From a virus (Duplodnaviria; Heunggongvirae; Uroviricota; Caudoviricetes), in the IMG/VR virus record IMGVR_UViG_3300047476_001337, positions 10,296 to 74,295 of that record: a stretch of DNA of 64,000 nt; one strand, given 5' to 3'. The notes below the pieces were generated by a model. It did no database searches. It saw only the letters and a list, made by a program, of their open reading frames with translations, and was not told where the DNA came from. The position numbers and the translations under genes were made by a program. Shown here piece by piece: positions 26,498-36,205 of the stretch (its first letter is position 1; each line of letters opens with the position of its first letter).

Positions 26498-26831
26498 CTT
26501 CTTTTAATTCAGTCCAAGTACCCATGTATGTTACTGCTCTAACTTTTCTGTTATCAATCCATACATACTCTTGACCATCTTTAATTCTTGGTTTATCCAT
26601 AACCAATCCATGGTATTTGAATCCTTTATCTTTCAACCATTGTTCGGTAACTTCTCTATCCTTTCCTTCTCTAGCAGTAAAGAATGTTATTACATTACCT
26701 TCATCATACCATTTATTAATGATAACCAATGCTGGTTCGAAATGATTTGCCGTTGGGTACAAGTGACTTTCTTCATTTTTTATGTCGTCACAGATTGTTC
26801 CATCAATGTCAATTAGAAATACTTTGTTCAT
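26463..26831 (-). CDS. HAD-superfamily phosphatase (small, capless)
   Basis: Motif I LIDIDGT, motif II FFTAR, motif IV VWIDNR. Confidence 0.65.
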   Translation of the reverse strand: MNKVFLIDIDGTICDDIKNEESHLYPTANHFEPALVIINKWYDEGNVITFFTAREGKDREVTEQWLKDKGFKYHGLVMDKPRIKDGQEYVWIDNRKVRAVTYMGTWTELKEVDAKIQTFGHE

Positions 26832-27021
26832 GTAATTCGGTCTCCTCTTCGTGTTGTCTTTTTAATTCAATATATGCCAATTCAGCACATTCAATATTAT
26901 TTAAGTCAGGATGTCTTTTTCGACATTCTTCTACTTTACCATGCATTTCACCGTACTTACCAATTTCATGGGCTAAATGGTAGAGTTCTTCAATCCATTC
27001 TTCGTTTGTCATATATACCAA
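26809..27021 (-). CDS. hypothetical protein (70 aa)
   Basis: ORF in the same-strand array. Confidence 0.45.
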   Translation of the reverse strand: MVYMTNEEWIEELYHLAHEIGKYGEMHGKVEECRKRHPDLNNIECAELAYIELKRQHEEETELHEQSISN

Positions 27022-27566
27022 TTATCTTTTTTGTCTTTTCTTATAAACCACATGATTATTGGTCCTGGTATTAAAGATAAGAAAAAAATAACAATATTGT
27101 CAATTATTCGTTTCATATTATGATTTTTTTTTGAAATTACTTATCGCAATACCGAATAACCCACCCGATATAAAACAAGAAAGGATTGATAACAATCCTG
27201 TCATGTTAAATGATACAATAAGACATGTGATAGTGAAAAGTAAAAAGGTAAAATTATTCATGAACTCAATAAAGTTCAATTTTTTTTTACCATTTCTTTA
27301 ATCTCTGATAAAACACCAAGAAGTATAAAACCCAAAAATAAAGTTAAGAATGGGTGTTCTGACATTACATCAAATGCTTCTCTCATATTATGGTTGTTTA
27401 ATTTGTTGAGCCTCTTTAATTTTGATGGCTTCTTGAATCATGTTGTCGGTACTATTACCATACTGACAAGAACAGGTTGGTTTACCAGCCGCTCTTAATA
27501 TTTGTCTAGCTTCTTCTAAGTTCATAATATAATAAATACGTTTTTAAGTTATAATTGTAAAGAAAA

Positions 27567-27587
27567 ACCCCCGATTTCTCGAGGGTT
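27567..27587 (-). terminator. intrinsic terminator CCCCCGAtttcTCGAGGG
   Basis: Hairpin flanked by A- and T-runs, directly after the stop of 27593..28384. Confidence 0.5.
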
Positions 27588-27592
27588 TATTT

Positions 27593-28384
27593 TTATTTCT
27601 TTTTGTAATTATATTTATGACATTCCATCCACTTCTTATACCTTGTTTTACCAAGTATATCCAACACTTTGTTTAGATACTCTTTCTCACAATCTTTTAT
27701 TTTACCAGATGTTGTTGTTCTATCTGAGTTTGTTTTAATTTTTTCTTTTACCTTACCATTTAATAAATTCAATCCGTTTGCATATGATTTTTCAAGTGCT
27801 GCAATATCATTTTTATATTTTGTTTCAAGTTCGGTTAAAGATTTTTTCTTTTGGTCAGCGGTTATTAAGCCTTTATCGTACTTATCATTCACATAAGCAA
27901 CTTTCATTTGAAAGTCTCTATATAAACTATCACGAGTTGCTAAATACTTTTTATACATTGTAGCCTTTTCAGTTTTAGCCCAACTTTCGATTTCTCTATG
28001 TAACTTATAAAGTATTTCTTTGTTAGTTTTTTCACATTCTAATTTTGCCAAATGAGCCTTATTTAACAATTCTTTTTCAGCTTTAGTTACTTCAATACCT
28101 TTTACACAAGAATCCACATCACCTTTACCTCTTGAAACAATCATAGTGAATGGGTCGTAATCTAAAAATAATGGGTAATCCATTATTGTTACATCAGTTG
28201 ATTCTGTAACATCAGATAACATAGGATTGTCAAAAATGACTGTTCCCATAGAATCTACTACAGCGTTTGGTTCTTCATCTACCAAAAGATTAACTGTTGG
28301 GTTTGGACTTGGTATAGGTTCTTTTTCACAACCCATAAAACCAATCATACCAACTAAAACGAGTGATAATATTATTTTTTTCAT
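27593..28384 (-). CDS. putative lipoprotein (263 aa) downstream of the giant adhesin gene
   Basis: MKKIILSLVLVGMIGFMGC is a signal peptide followed by a Cys (lipobox-like); the rest is coiled-coil/Lys-rich. Confidence 0.55.
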   Translation of the reverse strand: MKKIILSLVLVGMIGFMGCEKEPIPSPNPTVNLLVDEEPNAVVDSMGTVIFDNPMLSDVTESTDVTIMDYPLFLDYDPFTMIVSRGKGDVDSCVKGIEVTKAEKELLNKAHLAKLECEKTNKEILYKLHREIESWAKTEKATMYKKYLATRDSLYRDFQMKVAYVNDKYDKGLITADQKKKSLTELETKYKNDIAALEKSYANGLNLLNGKVKEKIKTNSDRTTTSGKIKDCEKEYLNKVLDILGKTRYKKWMECHKYNYKKK

Positions 28385-28498
28385 GTTTTTTATTTATAAA
28401 TAGTTTTTATTTTTTTCAAAATTTTTGGAACATTGAATGTTCTTTTACCCATTCAATACTTTTTTTAATCAGTGTTAAAAGTTTTTTTATCTTCATTT

Positions 28499-31400
28499 TT
28501 ATCGTAATAGTGTAAAGGTTCCATTATATTGGAATACTTTATCCTCCATTGATGTTACAAATATTTTATAAACATACACACCGTCAGGAGCCTGTTTACC
28601 TAAATAATTACCATCCCAACCTCTATTAAGGTCAGTTGTTTCATACATCTTTTCACCCCAACGATTATAAACACCCATATAATATGTTTTGTTGTTTATA
28701 ACTTGTGGTCTGAATGTATTGTTTTCATTTGGTCCTGCATCATCAGGTGTAAAAGCATCTGGTACAAATATAATAATATCAGGACCAATTACAACTCTTT
28801 GTAAAGAAGAATCTTTACAACCTTTATCTGTGGTAACAACTAATTTAATCCAATAAGTGCCCGTGTCTTTTCCAAATATAATGTTTGAGTTCTTAAGCGT
28901 ATCACTACCAATCTTAAATGTTTTACCCCAACCCCAATTGTATTTCATATTGGTAATGAATGGGTTTTGACTAACACTTGATGTATTAATAGTTTTGAAC
29001 TTAGGTAACGCCACAGTTGTTTTGTATAACGGGTCAGTAGTGAACACAACACTTGGTTTTGGATAAACTTCAAATGTTTTTGTGATAGATGTTCCACATA
29101 TCTTTTCAGGAAAGAATGTATTGTTAATCGCAGTTAATGATGTTCTGTAATAACCAAAATTGTTAAACGTTTTTGACCAACTAAGATTATTTCTTAAAAA
29201 GAAGGTATCATTTACCACCCACGAATAATCAATTGATTTTATTCCACGTTTCTCAATTGGTGTGAATGTTGAAAAATGTGGTTGACATCCATTTGTTGTG
29301 ATGAAGTCAGGTTCAGGATAAGGTGTAATTAAAACCTTGATACTATCAATTACTTTAGAACAAAGTGGAGCGTTCCAAGATTTGAATTTAACTGTAAAGT
29401 ACCCATTAGCAGTATCTTTGTCTGATGGTATGTATTGTTTTTTACCAAAACCTTTAGTTCCACCAATCACTTGACCACCAGGAGGTGTTAATGTATCATA
29501 AAGACCAGTATTAACCACCCATCTAAATTTAACTGCAGGGTCAATATTTGCCGTATCTAACTTGAGAGTCCAAGTATCTTTACCACAACTTACAAATGGT
29601 GGAACAAATTTAATCTCAGGTTGATTCATTACTGTAAGTTTTAATATCTCAGTATCTTTACAACCATATTGACTTTCCCCAACCATCATAAGTTTGTAAG
29701 GATTATTAAAACCTCCAATATATCCTCTTGCCTTCGGTGTTGGTGTAAAAAATCCTGCATCAGGGTAAATTATTTTTGTCACACCAAAACTACCAGCAGT
29801 TATTACATTTTTCAAATCATATGGCCAAGGGTAGGTAGAACAAAAACCCATATCCATAACCTTCAAGTCAGGTTTATAACTAATAACAACGTCAAAGCTA
29901 TCCACTTTTGAACAAGTAATTGATTGGTCAGGAGATGTAATATTACTTACAAACTTAATGTTATAAGTCCCCACACCTATGCTAGTTTTGAATATACCTG
30001 TTGATATGTCTGTTGATACTTTAGGGTCATTTCTATCCCCATTTCTATCCTGAATAAAGATGGTACCTTTGGTAGGTTTAACCCCATCTACCAAAATGTA
30101 ATCAAATAAATTGATATTCACACCTGAGTTTTCACAATAAAGAGGTACGGTTGTCAATTCAACTCTTGGTTCCGTAATAACGTTGACATCCACTGTATCT
30201 GTACTTTGACAACCTGTAATCAAATCTTTAACGGTAAGTTTGAAAGTATACAAACCTTTGTAAAAATCCTGTGAAGGTGCACCAAAGTTAAACTTAATAT
30301 TTGGAATTGAGTTTGTAGAAACATTATATAGTAATTTAGATGTGTCGACGCCATTAGGTGCTCTAACAACTTCCCATAACATGTACACACCATTTTTTGT
30401 TGCGGGTCTTACTCTCAAGTTATCCATCATCAAAAATCCAATGTCTTGACACACCGTAGCCTTTCTTAATTGAATAATTGGTGTACCATATATGGTTTGT
30501 GTTGTCGAATCTATATTAGAACAACCATTTGTGTCGTTGAACTTAACATATATTTTTGTGGTGTAGTTGTTTCCACCTTGTAATTTATTATTGTCTACTG
30601 ATATTGTGTTGAATAAGAACCTTCCATTATTAAGATAAGTAACAATATTACCAGTCTTATTTTTAGTTCCACTCCAAATATCATAAGTTCCAAAATTGTG
30701 AGGTTTAACAATAAATGGTTCCATCCAAATACTACCATAAGAATAACATTGAGGTTTCAATGGTTTTGGGTCCCAACCAATTTTTGGTAATGGTTTGACT
30801 CTCACGAACATTGTGTCCATATCTTCACAAGTGTGTCCGTTTTGTGTAATAACAGTCTTCAATGTAAACATATAAGCTGATTTTGTAATATCAGATTTTA
30901 ACTTATAGGTTGACAAATTACCCAATCCACCCCAAGTATATGTTGGAGTCAATATAAATGGATTGTGAGACGCTTTTAACGTAAACGTGTCCTTATCACA
31001 GATTGCTTGGTTTGGTCCCGCATTTGACACCACAGTATCATTTACGACTAATATTGCAGTATCATATTTAACACACCTAAATCTTTTATCTGTAATTTTA
31101 ACCCAGTATGAACCCTTAAGGTTTGTTGTTAAGTATCGTGTTGTATCACCTGTGTTCCACAAATATTTAACAGTATCATTATTTTGACCATCAAATGTAT
31201 TTGTTTCATAAGTACAAATCACTTTATCTGAACCCAAACTAACTACAGGTAATGGTTTAACATATGTTAATGTAGTATCACGAAACTTACAACCATCACC
31301 ATCAGTTACTTCTAATCTTAGAGTTGAGTCAGACTTAAAGTTTTTGATTGTAGTGTAATCAGTTGTATCGCCGTTATTCCATTTATACTTTAACGTTGGT

Positions 31401-33034
31401 TTACCAGCAATTACTTTAGCCTTTAATGTGAATGTTGTACCATAACAAGCAAAACTATCAGCATCAGCAAGTATAACCTTTGGTGGTTGTTTCAGATAAA
31501 CAGTATCACTATAGATAGTAACACAAGATTGTGAACTTGTTAACTTATGAACTATAATATACTTCCCTTCATAGTAATAATTCATTGTATCAGTCTTCTT
31601 TGAAGAATAAAACAATTCCTTCGCTAAAGTATCTCTTACACTCCATGAATAACTTGATGCAGCATATATTTCATAAGCTTCCATGGCAAATCTACCACAT
31701 TTAAGTTGGGTATATCTACGTTTAGATTTTGGTTTTGGATTAACTTTAATTTTGAATGAGCGAATCGATGTTGCTGGTGGTTCACAATGTTGGTCACTTA
31801 CAGTTACTGTAAATGAATATGAAACATCAGACGCCGAACCAATTGGTGGTGTCCACTCAAACCAAGCGTATGATTTTCTTTTTTCAGGCCAATCATTCTT
31901 ACTTGCTAATGTAAACTTCGCACCAGGTATACCAGCATTCCATTTCATTGTTGTTGTATCAGGTGTTGTTTGATATGGCGTAAAAGTTTCGTCATCTGAT
32001 TCAACCTTGAATTTCAAAGTTTCACCCTCACAAACTTGGTATGTAAATTTTGGACCTAATGTTGGTGCTTTATTATAACCACAATCATCCCTAACCCATA
32101 TCTGCATGTCACGTCTTGTTCTACCAATAACTCTCCACACACCTGAGGTGTCTTTTCTCCATTCTGTTTGTTCAACACAAATAACCGCAGATTCATCACA
32201 TTTAGTAGGTGTAACAATAACATCACCATTTGTTGTATCAAAATAAAAACCTCTTGGTGGATTAGTCTTTGGGTTTGGAACACAATTAATTGTTGTTGGT
32301 GGGACACAGTATGGTGTCATTGGAACTTTGGATGTAAATGGTGAAGAATATGATACAGAACTATTTGGTATTCCTTGAAGACCATTTACTAATTTATAAG
32401 AAATTGAATCGTAATCAATCGTATCGGTAGCTCCGTTATTATAATACCAAGGCTGATTACAACATAAAAAGGCAATTGGTGGGTTTGATAATTGTGGCGA
32501 ACTATTACATTTATTCTTCATTTTTTGAAGGTTACAAATGTTTACCATGGCAGTAGCATAAAAATTTTGTGATGCTTGTCCTGTTGTTATGGCACCATTT
32601 CTACAACATTCATTTACATAAAATGTAACCTCACAACATGTTGATTTATTAACAAAGTTATTTAATGGTGATACGTTAAAATCAACTGTTGCTTCGAATG
32701 TATGTTCCTCAACACCTTTATTTGCAAACGCACTATTTGCTGTACCACATGGATTACTTGTAGTAGAACATCGTGTTGTAACATCTTTTATCGAAACTCT
32801 CGTTAACCCTGATAAAGTATAACTACCACAACCGTTACCACCATTTAGTCCAGCATATGCACCAAAACTTGGTGTTCCCATAGATACACCTCGACAATCT
32901 CGGTATACCTTTGCAATAATTTTATACTTACCATTTCCCAAACATTGGTAGGAAACATCGGCACCCATCATGTGAGTCGCCTGAACGCTCAGAAAACTGA
33001 ACAAAAACGCAAATAAAAATAGCAGTCTTTTCAT
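28499..33034 (-). CDS. giant (~1511 aa) secreted SprB/adhesin-like protein with a T9SS type-B C-terminal sorting domain (CHU_C / gliding-motility-associated CTD)
   Basis: Signal peptide MKRLLFLFAFLFSFLSVQA; start placed after the TATCTTTG box (33040..33047). The C-terminal ~90 aa (FTPDDAGPNENNTF...VYNRWGEKMY...WDGNY...GVYVYKIF...GTFTLLR) match the FTPNGDG..ND.F...IYNRWG....WDG....GVYYY signature of the type-B T9SS CTD. The body is rich in Thr/Asn/Gly/Cys/Trp repeats (beta-rich). Confidence 0.8.
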   Translation of the reverse strand: MKRLLFLFAFLFSFLSVQATHMMGADVSYQCLGNGKYKIIAKVYRDCRGVSMGTPSFGAYAGLNGGNGCGSYTLSGLTRVSIKDVTTRCSTTSNPCGTANSAFANKGVEEHTFEATVDFNVSPLNNFVNKSTCCEVTFYVNECCRNGAITTGQASQNFYATAMVNICNLQKMKNKCNSSPQLSNPPIAFLCCNQPWYYNNGATDTIDYDSISYKLVNGLQGIPNSSVSYSSPFTSKVPMTPYCVPPTTINCVPNPKTNPPRGFYFDTTNGDVIVTPTKCDESAVICVEQTEWRKDTSGVWRVIGRTRRDMQIWVRDDCGYNKAPTLGPKFTYQVCEGETLKFKVESDDETFTPYQTTPDTTTMKWNAGIPGAKFTLASKNDWPEKRKSYAWFEWTPPIGSASDVSYSFTVTVSDQHCEPPATSIRSFKIKVNPKPKSKRRYTQLKCGRFAMEAYEIYAASSYSWSVRDTLAKELFYSSKKTDTMNYYYEGKYIIVHKLTSSQSCVTIYSDTVYLKQPPKVILADADSFACYGTTFTLKAKVIAGKPTLKYKWNNGDTTDYTTIKNFKSDSTLRLEVTDGDGCKFRDTTLTYVKPLPVVSLGSDKVICTYETNTFDGQNNDTVKYLWNTGDTTRYLTTNLKGSYWVKITDKRFRCVKYDTAILVVNDTVVSNAGPNQAICDKDTFTLKASHNPFILTPTYTWGGLGNLSTYKLKSDITKSAYMFTLKTVITQNGHTCEDMDTMFVRVKPLPKIGWDPKPLKPQCYSYGSIWMEPFIVKPHNFGTYDIWSGTKNKTGNIVTYLNNGRFLFNTISVDNNKLQGGNNYTTKIYVKFNDTNGCSNIDSTTQTIYGTPIIQLRKATVCQDIGFLMMDNLRVRPATKNGVYMLWEVVRAPNGVDTSKLLYNVSTNSIPNIKFNFGAPSQDFYKGLYTFKLTVKDLITGCQSTDTVDVNVITEPRVELTTVPLYCENSGVNINLFDYILVDGVKPTKGTIFIQDRNGDRNDPKVSTDISTGIFKTSIGVGTYNIKFVSNITSPDQSITCSKVDSFDVVISYKPDLKVMDMGFCSTYPWPYDLKNVITAGSFGVTKIIYPDAGFFTPTPKARGYIGGFNNPYKLMMVGESQYGCKDTEILKLTVMNQPEIKFVPPFVSCGKDTWTLKLDTANIDPAVKFRWVVNTGLYDTLTPPGGQVIGGTKGFGKKQYIPSDKDTANGYFTVKFKSWNAPLCSKVIDSIKVLITPYPEPDFITTNGCQPHFSTFTPIEKRGIKSIDYSWVVNDTFFLRNNLSWSKTFNNFGYYRTSLTAINNTFFPEKICGTSITKTFEVYPKPSVVFTTDPLYKTTVALPKFKTINTSSVSQNPFITNMKYNWGWGKTFKIGSDTLKNSNIIFGKDTGTYWIKLVVTTDKGCKDSSLQRVVIGPDIIIFVPDAFTPDDAGPNENNTFRPQVINNKTYYMGVYNRWGEKMYETTDLNRGWDGNYLGKQAPDGVYVYKIFVTSMEDKVFQYNGTFTLLR

Positions 33035-33039
33035 ATCTT

Positions 33040-33047
33040 CAAAGATA
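33040..33047 (-). promoter_or_regulatory. -7 promoter box TATCTTTG just upstream of the adhesin ATG
   Basis: Minus-sense TATCTTTGAAGATATGAAAAGA. Confidence 0.5.
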
Positions 33048-33093
33048 GACAAAATTTTTGACAAAATTGCATTATGACTGTAAAAAAATAAAA

Positions 33094-33115
33094 ACCCCCA
33101 ATTCTCATTGAGGGT
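33094..33115 (-). terminator. intrinsic terminator ACCCCCAATTCTCATTGAGGGT
   Basis: Hairpin flanked by A- and T-runs after the stop of 33141..33425. Confidence 0.5.
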
Positions 33116-33140
33116 TAATTATTACTAATGTAGTAGTTTC

Positions 33141-33425
33141 TTAGTAAGGTATCTCTTCACTATTCCCGTGTTCTAATTTGTCATACATATAGGATTTGAA
33201 TGCTGATACCATTGATTGTTCTGCTTGGGCAATCTTGGTATTCATCCAATCTTCCAACTCTTCACCTTCAGGCATCGCTTCCCACATTTTATAAGCGGTA
33301 ACTGCTATGGTAAACAATTGTTGTTTTGCCATATAGTTTCCATCAGAACCTTCATTTGTTTCTGATTTCATATCTTCAACTATCTTCTTAAGTTGTGATT
33401 CACTAACTATAAAGTTTTTTCCCAT
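33141..33425 (-). CDS. hypothetical protein with the N-terminal leader MGKNFIVSESQL
   Basis: Member of the ITESQL-leader group. Confidence 0.5.
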   Translation of the reverse strand: MGKNFIVSESQLKKIVEDMKSETNEGSDGNYMAKQQLFTIAVTAYKMWEAMPEGEELEDWMNTKIAQAEQSMVSAFKSYMYDKLEHGNSEEIPY

Positions 33426-33497
33426 ATCTTATAAATATACTTAAAGTAAAAAAGGTCAGACGAATCTGACCTTTTATTGGGATTGACCGAATTTCGG

Positions 33498-33809
33498 TCA
33501 ATCAACTCCACCAACCTGTTTTTTAGGAGAAGGTGCTCCCGTAAAGATATTCAAAATATCTTCCACTTTTTCAATCGTGCAATAACCCATAACATCTGCA
33601 CCACCACAGAACAGTTTTGTTACGAAATTACCACCATTATTTTCTAGTATGGCAATTTCAAATGTAGTTTCAAAATCACCATAAAGACCTTTTGTTCCAC
33701 CAACAATTGATACAACATATTTACCAAATTCAAAGATACTTTGATATCCCCCAAGTTCTTTTGGTTGTTTCTTATCAAGTACGTCTTGTATTGTTAATCG
33801 TTTAACCAT
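33498..33809 (-). CDS. hypothetical protein (103 aa)
   Basis: ORF in the same-strand array. Confidence 0.5.
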   Translation of the reverse strand: MVKRLTIQDVLDKKQPKELGGYQSIFEFGKYVVSIVGGTKGLYGDFETTFEIAILENNGGNFVTKLFCGGADVMGYCTIEKVEDILNIFTGAPSPKKQVGGVD

Positions 33810-34089
33810 TTCTTAATTCTCCCAATTTTTTCCTTAAATAAGTAAGGTGTGAGTAATCCATATCAGTCTTAATTGGTTTTGAAACTAAATTGTCAATAAG
33901 ACTTTCAATAATTTCAATTTCAGATACATTTTCTTTTTCCTTTGTAGTCTTTTCAGGTTCAACTTCTTTTTTGTCATTAGATAAGGTTTGAATTGCTTTA
34001 ACAGCAACCGCACCTAACAAAAGTCCACCAACAAATGGCCAAAATCCACCACGTTTACGTTCCGTAACAATAATTCTTTCGTTTCCCAT
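33802..34089 (-). CDS. membrane protein (95 aa, one TM helix)
   Basis: Hydrophobic segment GGFWPFVGGLLLGAVAVKAI. Confidence 0.5.
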   Translation of the reverse strand: MGNERIIVTERKRGGFWPFVGGLLLGAVAVKAIQTLSNDKKEVEPEKTTKEKENVSEIEIIESLIDNLVSKPIKTDMDYSHLTYLRKKLGELRNG

Positions 34090-34090
34090 A

Positions 34091-34378
34091 TTATTTTGTA
34101 ACTAACGCTTCGATTTTAGACTTAACCAACTCAGTCATAGATACTTCAGATACGTTGGTCATGATAACTGAATCCTTTAAGATACGAAAAGGGATGTGAC
34201 TCAAGAAGTCTTCACCATTGAAGAAGTCAAAATCAGACTTGTGAGCCATACAACCATCCACCAAACGAAGGAATAGTTTGAATTGGTCACCACTTGAAAA
34301 TGTCTCGTTCAACAAAGTACCCATTGACTCGTGTACAATCTTGATGTTAAATCCCTTATTCATAATACAAAGATACAA
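34091..34378 (-). CDS. hypothetical protein (95 aa)
   Basis: ORF in the same-strand array. Confidence 0.5.
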   Translation of the reverse strand: MYLCIMNKGFNIKIVHESMGTLLNETFSSGDQFKLFLRLVDGCMAHKSDFDFFNGEDFLSHIPFRILKDSVIMTNVSEVSMTELVKSKIEALVTK

Positions 34379-34400
34379 TTAGTTTTTGAATTACCAAACT

Positions 34401-35426
34401 TTATTTTTCAGATAACAAAAATTTGTTTGAGATTGCTTTGAAAGAGATTGTGTTATCCAATGAACGAACAACAACACCTTCACGTTCGGTAAGCTTATTC
34501 AAACGAGATTTGTCTTCAGCCAGTTTCAACATACCTTCAACAGTATCAGGTAATAAGAATGCCACATCCAAGATTGGAACGGATAACAATTCTAACTCAT
34601 CCAATAAGATTAAGAAGTCATTGATGTTCATTCTTGTTTGTGTATCAATATCAAACCCATTGAAGAAGTGAACTGTCTGACCTTTGATTTTATATGGGTT
34701 ACCTTGGATACCTTCACCAATCAACTCACCTTGTAGACAGATGTTTCCTTTATCTTTCAATTTGTTTTCCAAGTCAAGTTCACGGGCAACTTTCCAAAAA
34801 GTATTTCCTTCAGTTTCCAATAACTCAAGGTTACGAGAACATACACCGAACACACCATCATTCATGTAGAATGTTGCAGATGAACCATCCAACTTTTCAG
34901 TCATGTAGAACTGATGTTTAGATGTTAACTTATATTCTTCATACTCCTTAACCAAGTTCTGAATTCTTTCCTCATCAGTCTTACGTAAGAAAGATGGGAA
35001 CCCACCTTTTACTTTACCAGATAGTTCAGCAGGAATTGGTGGTTCGTATTTCACAATACCCAACATTTCGGTAACATCCATACCTTCAGGTAAATCATGT
35101 CCTGTTGCAAATTGTACAATTGGAACAACACTAATTGGAAGAATAAGTCCTTGGGAGACTTGTCCACGAAGTTTAATTGTCTTCAAACGGAAACCTTCTT
35201 GGTCATCCATTTTTTTGTAAGATGATTTACGTAAAAACTCAAACTCTTCCCTGATAGGTAAGAATGAATCAATTTCACAGTAAACTACTTTGTCACCAAT
35301 CTTATGCCCAACATTTTTGGCAACAACAACATTCCATCCGCCAACAGATGCCAATTCAATCATGTCCGCACCTTCAATAGGTCGAATGTCTGTAATTTCT
35401 CTAATAGTCGCTAACTTTCTTTCCAT
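34401..35426 (-). CDS. RNA ligase-like nucleotidyltransferase with an N-terminal OB-like domain (Rnl5/DraRnl-like architecture)
   Basis: Adenylyltransferase motif I EKLDGSS (KxDG); the N-terminal ~110 aa (IEGADMIELASVGGWNVVV...GDKVVYCEIDS) look like an OB fold. I could not distinguish an RNA from a DNA ligase by eye. Confidence 0.55.
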   Translation of the reverse strand: MERKLATIREITDIRPIEGADMIELASVGGWNVVVAKNVGHKIGDKVVYCEIDSFLPIREEFEFLRKSSYKKMDDQEGFRLKTIKLRGQVSQGLILPISVVPIVQFATGHDLPEGMDVTEMLGIVKYEPPIPAELSGKVKGGFPSFLRKTDEERIQNLVKEYEEYKLTSKHQFYMTEKLDGSSATFYMNDGVFGVCSRNLELLETEGNTFWKVARELDLENKLKDKGNICLQGELIGEGIQGNPYKIKGQTVHFFNGFDIDTQTRMNINDFLILLDELELLSVPILDVAFLLPDTVEGMLKLAEDKSRLNKLTEREGVVVRSLDNTISFKAISNKFLLSEK

Positions 35427-35429
35427 ATT

Positions 35430-35612
35430 TTAATCCTTTCCGTAATTTAATCCGATTACAAACCCTGCCATCCAATAATGTTTATCATTGGCATCACCAT
35501 CATTATCCATTTGTTCCCAAACCAATTCAGCAAGTTCACGTCTTTCTTGTAATTTGGTTTTTCTTTCTTGTATAGCATCAGGGGTCATATCGACCAATGG
35601 TTCGTTTTTCAT
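35430..35612 (-). CDS. hypothetical small protein (60 aa)
   Basis: ORF with a hydrophobic C-terminus. Confidence 0.4.
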   Translation of the reverse strand: MKNEPLVDMTPDAIQERKTKLQERRELAELVWEQMDNDGDANDKHYWMAGFVIGLNYGKD

Positions 35613-35660
35613 AAAGCAAAGGTACGAAAAATATTTCTTATTGACAAGGTATTTATTGTT

Positions 35661-36158
35661 ATGACCGAAATTACACCAAAAGAAAAAATGTTGGTTAGTG
35701 TATTAGTAAGATTATACAGTAAGGAACAACTTGAGGAAGAATTAAAAGACTTATTAGAGTCTTTCGATGGAAATTCTAAATTAGTTCGTGGTGCGGCAAA
35801 ATTAATCGGTATCGATTCTTATTTGGTAAGTAGACTTGGAATTCAATATGTCAACTATGCAATTGAAAATTACGAAAAGATTCAAAATAAAGAATTTCCT
35901 GAATATATTGACAGAGTCAAAACAGCGTATTTCTACGGAGAAGAGGTTGAAGATGTTAGAACATATAGTATAAAAAGAGCCAAGGTTAATGTCTTATCAA
36001 AATACTTTGAAGATGTTGAAGACTATCTATATCACAATTTTTATGAGTTTGACCCTGATACTATAGATGTACACTACGGTGATGGTGATTTTATTTCTTT
36101 TAAGCCAGACAAAGATTCAAATGAAATTGTTGATACAAAAGATAATGTTATAAATTAA
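35661..36158 (+). CDS. hypothetical protein on the plus strand (165 aa; start placed at MTEITPKEK)
   Basis: Followed by a bidirectional terminator at 36160..36181. Confidence 0.55.
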   Translation: MTEITPKEKMLVSVLVRLYSKEQLEEELKDLLESFDGNSKLVRGAAKLIGIDSYLVSRLGIQYVNYAIENYEKIQNKEFPEYIDRVKTAYFYGEEVEDVRTYSIKRAKVNVLSKYFEDVEDYLYHNFYEFDPDTIDVHYGDGDFISFKPDKDSNEIVDTKDNVIN

Positions 36159-36159
36159 A

Positions 36160-36181
36160 AACCCCCAACTTTCGCTGAGGG
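36160..36181. terminator. bidirectional terminator ACCCCCAACTTTCGCTGAGGGT between convergent genes
   Basis: Hairpin flanked by A- and T-runs. Confidence 0.55.
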
Positions 36182-36205
36182 TTTCATTATAAAAGTATTT
36201 TAAGT

